Shown here: positions 53,876-64,000 of the stretch, one piece after another
How the letters are laid out: the number at the start of each line of letters is the position of its first letter
Position numbering within the stretch: position 1 is the stretch's first letter
From: Tubulanus polymorphus
Taxonomy: Eukaryota; Animalia; Nemertea
Direction: 5' to 3'
Length of the DNA: 64,000 nt
NCBI RefSeq assembly: GCF_964204645.1
Contig: NC_134029.1
Span: 10,442,850 to 10,506,849, forward strand
The notes under the pieces: model-generated
What the model saw: the letters and a program-made list of their open reading frames with translations, nothing else
Databases searched by the model: none
What the model was told of the DNA's origin: nothing
Made by a program: the position numbers and the translations under genes

Positions 53876-56800
53876 TCAGCAATAACTACAAATAAATTCT
53901 TCATCCTTGTTTCCATTTAGAAATTCCCATTCATCGTCATCGAATAGTTCGGCACAAAATCGGTAGAACCACCGATCACACCTATCACATGCAATCCATT
54001 CCCACTGTTTTCAGACCACGGCTGTTGACATTCAGGGCATATGTACTGATTTAGTGGCCGAGCACGTAAGGTTTTGTACTACATGTACTAGTAACATTTT
54101 TAGCGGATGATGTTGATGCTTCAAATGCATCCCTTATATTTGGCATACACTCTAGATTTACAATCTCAATAGATAATCTGGATATAAGAGCCTTCATTGT
54201 GTCAAGCTGCATATAGGGCACATTATATGCTACACACAGCTTCTGCAATTGTTCTTTCTTTAATTTGGGGAAATCTGACGACTGGATAGCTGCAACAAGC
54301 CTTTTGTGAGAAATTTCTTTCCCCAACGAAATGTCATCGAGTATTGATTGAAAATCAAAAACATATTTCGTAGATTTCTTTTCACGCTGTGCTCCTTGGC
54401 TACCAACAAGAACTTTGGTCCGATGCACCAAATCTTTTTTCTTCTTAATTTCGTTTAAATAGTCCGAGTGTAATTGTTTCACAGTGACACGAGAATAGAG
54501 TGTTACGATTTCTTTGTAAAGTCTGCAAAGAATAACCTTTTCACTCTCCGAATAATCAGAGTAAAGCTTAAGAAACAAATCCTCCATGTCACTATCCAAC
54601 ATTAATGTTCTAATGAGTATATGGTGGTACCGTTCTCCATGCGCATTCAAATTTTCTATTGACTGGAACTCAACAACAGATTTGCATAAATAGACAAAAA
54701 ATTCGTTCACTGAATCTGTGATATGTACAAGACTTTGTCGTACATTTTGACGACGAGAAGTCTCATTCAATGAGTTAAAGTCACAGCTTTCAATCTGGCT
54801 CTCCGTTCTGTAAGCCGTGAAATCAATTTAACAATGTTCATTTCAAAAACCAGACTGAAATAAAATAACTAGGACTTATAATATCTATAAATAGAATAAG
54901 AATGTTTTTGTCTTGATAATTTACAAAAATTACTTACTATCGATTTTTGACGATGTTGGGCAAACTGTATCTGCAAGTCGAGAAACGACAATTTTTCGTA
55001 CTTCGACATACAATTCATACGTAACATACGATTCTCCTTCTGAACAACAATGAAGTGATGAATATAGTTTACCGCGATGAAGTTTAAAATCCAGTCCAGT
55101 TGAAAACTGATGCAGTTTTTGATACGCATTCGTTAAATTCATTTGTGAATGTTCACTTTCACTGACAGTTTCTGTAAAAATACTTTCGACAGACATCAAA
55201 GTCCAAGCAAGAAAATTGTCCAGCTTTTCTCTGTCCAAGTTATCGATAACTGAATTTACAGATCGCTGAAAATCCGTAATAATCTTATTGAAACGAACAG
55301 CTGCCAAAACTTTTTCAAATCCGGGGGTAAGTGATGTACAGTTTCTGATTCAATTTCAATTATTCTATTTATTTCGTTTAGATTCTGAATCAGCAGACTA
55401 TCATCGTCATCGCGTGCTTCTGCAACTGGTTCTGCTGTCGCTTCATCATCTTTCGTGCAAACTTTATTCCGACAACAAGATGAGAAATAATGTTCGAACG
55501 GCACTCGTAAAATTTATCAATCGAACACGGCTGTTTGATGATGCATTGTTCAGAAAAGTTTATCAATCGCAATCCATCCGAATTTGTAACTCTTCCAATC
55601 GCAACACCAAGTTGTCCAGGACGATTAATGGGAGTGCAATCAACCGTGACACTCGAACAAGTCATGCCCTGTGCCTTATGGACAGTAAATGCAAAAGCCA
55701 GCGCAATGGGGATTTGCAACCTCTCGGCGATTATACGGTCTTGTGATGGATCGAAGACTGAAAAACAATGTTTGCATTTTGTACTGAATTGTGATTCGTG
55801 TATTGATTTTTGTGCTATTGATAATTACAGTCATAGTGCAATCTTGATTAATATGAGCAAAGATAACTATATTTTAATTTTAATTTTAAATCTTTAATTT
55901 TTCAACAGTTTTAAAATCATTTTCAGTTTATTTTAAGTTATGTTTCTTGTTATTAAAGCCAGCTCTATGAGCTGTATATATCGTCATAGATACAAAAGAA
56001 TGTGTTACACGTTGTTATCTTTATTGACTCACTATTGACCCCAATGAACGATTGGTCCCTCATCAGTAAAGTCCTTGACATAGCCAAGGGATCCATTGAC
56101 CAGATTATCTGACAAGTTGACCAACAACATTACTGGGCAATTTCGCTTCAAATGCAGTAGCTTGGGCGCTTGAAAATTTGTTTTCCTATGTCCATGGTCT
56201 GTAGCTTTGTACGTCATAAGATCACCTGCCATCTGAAATATGTCAACATCGTAACAGTTAGTAGAATGTAGAAAACTAAGAAAAGGATACGATTGCCTTT
56301 CAGACATTATACTCACATTGAATACGCTTTCTGAACTTTCAACTTGTGCTTCAGTGTTGGTGGCAGTTTCACTTGAGTTTTGAGGCTTTCCTTGCACGAA
56401 AGTCCCTTTAAAAATCGATTGCCTCAGTTGAGCAACAGCCTTTGCTGACTTCATTTACAACCTATTATAGTGAAATCATTTTCAAGTAATAATAGGTATG
56501 GTATGTATCAAAATAGACAGTTTTATAAACTTCTTGGGCTACCTGACCGAAGAAATTGTCCTTTTGTCTCATTACTGTGACAAGTTTAATCGTGTGAACA
56601 ATTGTCTTATCCCATATAACTGACTCGAACGCCATTTTTCCATCGTCGTTGTACAACGCATTTTTTACAGGGGGTAACTGGTAAAAGTCGCCTGTTTAAA
56701 AAAGATATGCTTTTTATATGGTTTTTCAAGTTCATAGTATTGATTCACGCATACACATGATGGTTATCTTACCAGCAACTATTACTTGTATGCCACCGAA

Positions 56801-57425
56801 ATACAAATCCGATTTCCTGGTACGCCGTATTACTTCTTCTATCAATTCGAAAATCTTGGTAGAAATCATTGAAATTTCATCAATGATCAATACATCACAA
56901 CTGACCATTCGTTCATGGGTTTTTTTAAAATCATCTTGCGTCCATAGCATTTCGACGACCTTTTGCGCTTTGTGCCGTCCATTGTTAATCCCTGTCCATC
57001 TATTAGAAAAAATGCAATATGTAAATTTTACGTTACTCACAGGGCTCGTGCCTCATGACCAAAAAATTTCATGAGGGTCAACAAAAATTGTGTATTGGCC
57101 AGACTATCCTCAATAGCATACAAGTCCAAAAATGATATAATCGAATAGGCCCCATTTCATTCAAGAGTTATGATTTTGGAGAGTACTTAAATTTTTAAGA
57201 GCCGTACCTGTGTATAGTCATGGGACGAGGTTATACTGCTGAATACACCTGGCAAGCTTTACCCGTAGATCCAGTGAGGTGAACATTTTTCCCTCTTTCC
57301 TGCAAATTCTTTACAATACTTTTTATCGTGTATGATTTACCGGTCCCTGCTTGACCACAGATGAAAATGTTATGGCCTGCAACAGCGAGATCTATTGCAG
57401 CACGTTGCTCCACGCTGGGCTCCAT
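53876..57425 (-). pseudogene. Spliced Pif1-family (SF1B) helicase with C-terminal SAP-like and PHD domains, transposon-borne
   Basis: GQAGTGKS, TIHR|WTGI, IIDEISM, FGGIQVIVA|GDFYQLPPV, VMRQ.D, L.LK..CPVMLLVNL...LVNG, QIP..LAFA.TVHKAQGMT, GQLGVAIGR. PHD: CPEC..WIACDRCDRWFYRFC..FICSYC. Contains stops and frameshifts. Confidence 0.88.
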
Positions 57426-57712
57426 CTTGAATTTCACAACAAATCTTAATCTCATCATCTCACCAGGTGGTGGTGATGAATATCCTAATTATCATGCACG
57501 CTCTAACCACGTGCTCATTGTATGTACACATTGTTTATATTTTTCTGACACACCTCCCGATAAACCAATCAACGCATAGCCACCTGCTTCCTGTTTATAT
57601 TTTACTCGCACGTCACCGGGTGAGCCAATCAGCGCGTTTGTTGTGTTTACGCTGTCACCTTTCACCCGGTAGCCAATAGACGAACGTGAAATCTTTAGCC
57701 CGAACCTATGCA

Positions 57713-58249
57713 TGTCATGTGATTAATGGCCGTCAGTGCGATAGTGTGAGGTGACTTTTTCGTATATTTGTTCGATTTTGAGCTTGTGACCTCACCCATC
57801 GCATGGATTATACACATAAATGAGATAAGCGTACAGGTATGACGGCGTAGTTTTAAAAAATGCATGGTTTGTTGGGGTTATCTCTAAGATTTCACATAGA
57901 AATCATCGTTTGAAGTGAAAAATACGACCATTTTGCTGTCCACCATAGAATCGGTACACCTCCATTTTGAGCTATCTCTCGTCAAAAAAAGGTGATTGCG
58001 TTGTGAGATAATTGTCGGAGAGTGGTGGTTAAAGGCTCGTTGGAAGCAGAAAGTCTTCTAGGTTGTATTAAAGCTTATTTCATGTGAATCGGTTGAGAAT
58101 TTTTGGAATTACAGTCGATTGAAGTGGAGAAGTCATTGTCAGATTGACAATTTATTGCCACCCTTGTTTTTTATATTATACAGGGATAGTGGACCTGGTC
58201 ATTGATATTGGTTTTATTCATTCACTATCAATTGTGACAAGTCCCTGTG
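57713..58249 (-). repeat. Right long TIR of the P-type element
   Basis: Inverted copy of 49414-49948. Confidence 0.9.
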
Positions 58250-61200
58250 ACCAGAATGCCCAACCACATACCTATGGTAGTACGTAACTATCAACCTAGT
58301 AACATAAGAGCCCTTTGGCAAGATTATAGGGTGCTTACTACTATAAGGCAAATTGGAATTTGTGAGACGTCCTTTACTCTAAGAACCCATCTTCAAATAC
58401 CGGGTCCAACCTTTTTATGGGGCTAGTCTGTTTCAAAGTCTTCCTCCTGCAAGCGCCAGAAAGAATTCTCATTTCGTAACTGTAATATTTCGATTGCACA
58501 GCCGGCAGTAATACTTTCTCTGCATGCCTGATTTCAGGTACGGTCATAAACCCTGTATACCTTTGTACACCTTTATCATGTTTAGCGGTCACTGCCGCTT
58601 TCAGATTTCTGACGAAACGTAGGACCCATGCGGTAACAGCCTTAAGCTTATACCAAGAAGAGAATTTGTTAGCCATATTTAATAACATGTAACCGGTATC
58701 GTCAGCAATGACATGATTTTCACTTTTACTCTCGGAATCTACCTTCTTGACACTCGTCTGAAAGGAAGAAACCTCTTTTACCTCAGGGTCCTCATGTATT
58801 TCAAGGTTATCCAACCCTTTAGGCCAATCACATTCTGGTAAACGCAAAAATGATGGACCAGAGACCCAGTCAGCTTGAAGGAACTCCTGAGCAGAGACGC
58901 CTCGGGACACAGCGTCAGCCGGGTTCATTTTAGAACGAATGTAGTGCCATTGATCTGGATTTGAACCTGCGTGAATCATGGCCAAACGATCGGCTACTTA
59001 AGTTTTAAACCTCTTGTCAGCATTATTGACATACTTTATCACGGTTGTACTATCCGACCAGAACTGTGAATCGTGAATTTCAAATTCAAACTCATTACGC
59101 AATGTTTGATCATTCTTTACTGCTAAGGTTGCAGCAGCTAACTCCAATCTGGGGATGCTGACCGCTTTAAGCGGAGAAACTCTAGATTTAGAGTTTACTA
59201 ACGTTGTATGAACCTTATCATTATCGTCGCGCAGCCGCAAATAAGTAACAAATCCGTAGCCGTCCTGAGACGCATTGGCGAAATGATGTGACTGAGCATT
59301 AATTACCTTGAACCCGGGGGGTTTGATACACCTGGGAATAGATACCCTGACAATATCAGGTAAACCTGACTTCCAATTTTCAAATCGAGTCACATACTCG
59401 AGGGGTAACTTGTCATCCCAACCGCAGCCCATTTTACACAACTCCTGCAAAATTATTTTACCCGGTAACAAAGCAGGTGAAGCGAACCCTAACGGATCGT
59501 AAATGCCAGTAATAGTGGATAACATTCCACGCCGTGTTGCTGGACGGTCCTTTAAATTAACACTGATTTTGAATACATCCTTGTCCATATCCCACCATAT
59601 ACCTAGTGTTCTTTCGCCAGGGAGTCCAGGACCAATTTCCCTTAATTTGTCAGCTCAATCCTCCAAGGGGATGCTTCCCAATACTTCCTTAGAATTTGAG
59701 GTAAACTTGGTCAGTTTAAAGCCACCCAAGGCTAAGAGTGCTTAAACGGCTAACCATTTCTGCTGTCATGGGAACAGATTCCAAAGATTAAAGGCAATCG
59801 TCCACGTAAAAATTATTATATACAGTATTTACAACCGAACTACTGAACAGGTGAATATTATCCTCGGCGGTCCGGTGTAGAGCAAAATTACACACACTAG
59901 GTGACGTTACCGCACCAAAGATATGTACCAGCATACGATAATCTACCGGATCCGAATCAAGATCTCCGTCAGGCCACCAGAGAAAACGGAGTGCATGAGC
60001 ATCTCTGTCAGGCACCCTGACTTGATGAAACATGCATTTTATGTCAGCAGTAAATGCAATAAGCTCCTGACGGAAGCGACACAAAACACCCACTAATGTA
60101 TTAGTAAGGTCAGGCCCTTGATATAAAGAATCGTTCAGGGAGACTCCCTCATATTTAGAGGAGCCATCGAACACAACCCTAAATTTATCAGGTTTTTTCT
60201 CATTGAATACTGGGTGGTGGGGTATGTACCACGTAAATCCGATACCCTCATTAACCTGTTGCTCAGTTAATCTTTCAGCAAAGGCCGATGAGACTAAGTC
60301 CCTAACATATTCGTCATACTTTAATTTTAAATCTTCATTCCGCAACAGCCTTTGCTTTAGATATAGCAACCTACGTTCTGCCGAAATACGGTTATTGGGC
60401 ATACTAGGTGGGCATGACCTCCATGGAAGGCCGATCTCATAATGACCACTAGACAATACTACAGAATTTTCGAATAAGCCTATAGCTTTCTGGTCATTTA
60501 CAGACCTAGTCTTATCACAACAAACTTCGTCGTCATTAAACTCGCGATTACAATAATCTTGGAACAAATCGTTCAACCGTTGGTCAGTTTAAAAGCTCCT
60601 ACACGTTTACAGTTTTCCTTTGTATTAATACTCATACAACGTTTAAGCGGGCCATTTATTGTCCAACTGAAAACTGTCTTAACCGCAATCGGACCTTTAC
60701 CTCTACCTTTACGCACTTCAAGCGGTTCAAGTGCTTCACAATTGTCGTTGCCTATTAGAATCTCAACACCAGAATTTATAAGTTCAACCTTTACATCGGA
60801 CAAATGTGGCCACTTATCAATGTCTACCTGTTTTGCTATGTCGTCGACTGATATGGGCAGATTCGAAACCGATATTACATCACGGAGGGGCACGCTAGAT
60901 TGCCCGTTAAGGTCCGACACAGTTAAGTCTACCTTAGTACTAATGATTTTCTCATCTTTACCTAACGTACACAGCTTAAATTCAGTTTTAACTCCAGAAA
61001 TTCCTAAACCTTTAATAAGACTTTCAGTACAGAATGATGCTGTAGAACCATTATCAAGGAATGCATAAGTTTCAATAACTTTGTCACCGATAACTCTAAC
61101 GGGTACGATAGGCAGACCAATAACGGAATCTAAGGTACTACTAGTGACAAACCCGCTCTTAGCAGACTTATCAGCCTCTTCGTTGTTAGGAGGCCTCTCC

Positions 61201-62941
61201 GATTCAAAGTGTAACAATGCATTATGAGACTTACTACATTTTAAACACGATAACTTGCTACGACACTGTTAAGCTCTATGATTAGGCTTAAGGCACAACC
61301 AACAAAGACCTTTATTTAAAACATAATCCCTCCGTTCTTCAACAGATTTTGCTTTGAAAATATCACACTTATCTGTCCAGTGCTCACTGTTACTACAATA
61401 TTGACATTTGACAAAATTCGAAACAGGACCTGAACTTTCATGCTTTACGGCATGAACAGATTTTCTAAGGGTATTTCCCCTTTCATAACTTTGTGGAGGT
61501 TTTTCCACTTTACGATCGCTAAAAACTTTCCCAAAAACGGGGTGATTTAACACACGCGCCTCCTTGGTAATAAATGAAGCCATATCTTGGAAGCTAATTT
61601 CTCGACCCGCTTCCTCAGAGATCCGATCTGCAGTTACACGCCAGCGTTTGCGTGCATCATACGGTAGTCTTTCGCTCAGCTTCCGCATTGTCTCCGGATT
61701 TTCAACCTTGGACAGATATCCAATATCGCGAAGGGTATTAACGCAACTCATCGCAACGACCGACAATTTCTGCATTCCTGCGCTATCTTCCGCCTTTATG
61801 GGTGGTCCGCTGACCAACTTATCCACGAAGCTGCAAGTGATCTTGTAGCTCTGACCGTACTGTTTCTTCAGTGCTGACAACGTGTTATTTAATCCGCTCA
61901 ACGACTCCAATGAACAAAAACTTTTTACAAGTTCATTCGCATTTCCAGTAGTGCACTGTAGCAAGAGATAAAACCTAGTCCCATCATTAGACGTTTTTCG
62001 ATCTATCAGGGTATCATATGCTCTCATAAAACTGTAGAATTCACACGGATCGCCATCAAATTTGGGCATTTCAGTTTGTGGTAAAGTCAAGGCCATTGTG
62101 GTTTCTATTTGCCTGGACAATAGGTTTTCCAGGTTATATGATGGATTTACACTGACATGACCATATTCAGGTGTGAAGGACACGGCCTCCGGCCTAAGCG
62201 TAGTACCTGCCGCTACTGTCGATTCGAATGGCGGCTTGTCAATCGTAACTGCGTTTCCATTAGATACTGGAGCGGCAGGTGTGTAACCCCTTTCGGCAGC
62301 TGTAGAGGAATATACCTGTTCGTCTTTTCGTGCTGACGTAAACGACGGATCATCTCTTACTGACGACGGAAACGACAGATCATGTCTAACTGTAGACGGA
62401 TACGCACGATCATCTCTTACTGATGACGGAAACGACGGATCATGTCTAACTGTAGACGGATACGCACGATCATCTCTTACTGACAACGGAAACGACGGAT
62501 CATGTCTAACTGTAGACGGATACGCACGATCATCTCTTACTGACGACGGAAACGACGGATCATGTCTAACTGTAGACGGATACGCACGATCATCTCTTAC
62601 TGACGACGGAAACGACGGATCATGTCTAACTGTAGACGGATACGCACGATCATCTCTTACTGAGGACGGAAACGACGGATCATGTCTAACTGTAGACGGA
62701 TACGCACGATCATCTCTTACGACGGAAACGACGGATCATGCAATTTCAACGAGTTATCGACTACAGACGATTTCCAGTTCCGTTTGGTAAGCGATTGAAC
62801 TTCGACCTCCAGTTCCTTAATTCTATTTTCTAAACGACCTAGATACTCCGACTGGTTTACACTAGGCCTACTACAATCACTATAGTCTTCATCCACAGTC
62901 AAGAAGGAACTAACCCTCTTCATAAATTCTGCATACTCCAT
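58250..62941 (-). pseudogene. BEL gag-protease-RT-RNase H (decayed)
   Basis: gag FDGDP and Cys knuckles; protease FLDNGS; RT YIPHH, GPDL, ADI..MF.QV, YVDD; YDPLG, SIPRLEL, WSDS, NPAD. Confidence 0.92.
62341..62740 (-). repeat. 60-bp (2x30) coding tandem repeat in BEL gag, ~6.5 copies
   Basis: Unit encodes SVRDDRAYPSTVRHDPSFPS. Confidence 0.95.
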
Positions 62942-63037
62942 GATCAGCTGATGATCATACTAGCATAGCAGCTAGTCACACGTAATAACTTCAGAACTAA
63001 AACAGCAGTACTTACACGAGTCGCATGTTTAAATTAA

Positions 63038-63451
63038 TATAGCATCGAAAATCCAACAGACAATACCAATAATAACCAGGACGTATTTCGCTCTTGATAT
63101 ATGCTCGATTTCGTTCCTTTATTTGTTCCAAACAGTACAGTTGTTCCAACCAATTGTGACACTAACAGTAATGGTACACACAGTAGTTCCACATACAAAA
63201 CACTGCAGCCGCTGTTTACATAATTCAAGCTCCGAATATCGAGATTTCTAGAAAAATACAAAATGACCTTAAAAATCCGAAAGGTTTAACATCTTCAAAT
63301 CTCAATATAAACTAAAATAAACTTACAAACATGATACGATCTCCTGGCTCATATAACTTCCGAAAAAACAACGTGTTCTGCCCTGCAGCTATACTTCCGG
63401 AGCAGGGAGCACCATAAAAGGGGGGCGCCACCATACATTTTGGCATCAACA
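63038..63451 (-). repeat. BEL 5' LTR
   Basis: Direct repeat of 47665-48077, flanked by CCCTT. Confidence 0.95.
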
Positions 63452-64000
63452 CCCTTAAAGTTCATCCTTACCTATTTGAAAGAGTACTTACAAAATATGG
63501 TTTGTGGTAAAAAAATCTTGCTTTCCAGCTGTTTCTTAAAACGATTTTTACTCAAAATCTTTATTAAGAAATGAAGCAGTAATTTACCCTGGGTTTGGAT
63601 AGAACTGAGTGCTCTCCTGAATTTCAATTACCATATTTTCCAGTGTATAAGTCAAGTTTTCCGGACCAAAAATCATGTAAAAAAAAACGTAGGTTGACTT
63701 ATACACCGAATACACTATCAATATCGTTTAAACTGATGATGTTTAAGAGTTCAAGGTTGTTATGATGAAATGGAATATTGATTTATGTTAGGCTACACTT
63801 GTATACCAATTAGATAGCTTCTTATAGTTTGGAAATGGTTCAAAATTAACTGATGTTAAAAATCAAATGAGAAAGAAAAGTGCACGCGTGTATCATTGTA
63901 CAGCAGCGCTGGTATGGCAGGTGCCAATAATCAATAGGCCTACGTGTACAGCAGTCTATTCAGGCACGCAGCATTCAATGTATACACGATACATTTAACA

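Larger units (their letters stand above)
49414..58249. mobile_element. P-superfamily DNA transposon (8836 bp) with long TIRs, transposase and convergent Pif1-PHD gene
   Basis: Termini CACAGGGACTTGTCAC / GTGACAAGTCCCTGTG; perfect 8-bp TSD ACCAGAAT (49406-13, 58250-57); imperfect ~530-bp inverted repeats. Confidence 0.92.
47665..63451 (-). mobile_element. BEL/Pao LTR retrotransposon containing a nested P-type transposon
   Basis: LTRs 47665-48077 and 63038-63451 (~98% identical by eye); TSD CCCTT; PPT AAGGGGGAGGG; BEL-type gag-PR-RT-RH-IN motifs. Confidence 0.95.

Noticed and set aside
53876-57425. Helitron or host PIF1 gene
   Set aside because: No Rep domain or Helitron ends; it lies within TIRs and an 8-bp TSD inside a retrotransposon.

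Overview
This is eukaryotic DNA, not prokaryotic: AT-rich, with GT-AG introns, SINE/LINE/LTR elements and MITEs, most likely from a marine invertebrate. Nearly the whole window is nested transposable elements. I see only one clear host exon (11132-11232, AtuA/DUF1446-like), so most of the window is probably intron. In order: a 31-bp palindromic minisatellite with a Helentron-type non-autonomous element, duplicated as a 2304-bp block; a DIRS remnant; a decayed full-length Copia (TSD AAATC); a SINE; a Sola2-like remnant; a truncated Gypsy; a Helentron Rep split by a 9.1-kb EnSpm/CACTA element; a non-autonomous piggyBac-like element; a Kolobok remnant with a P2X7-ballast-like (KolX) partner gene; and a BEL/Pao element (TSD CCCTT, LTRs TG...TA). 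The standout is an 8.8-kb P-superfamily DNA transposon (49414-58249) inserted in the BEL integrase, with an 8-bp TSD and ~530-bp TIRs. Its transposase starts with an RFX-like winged helix instead of THAP, and it carries a convergent spliced Pif1-helicase/SAP-like/PHD gene. Family calls come from motif recognition by eye; no database searches were run.
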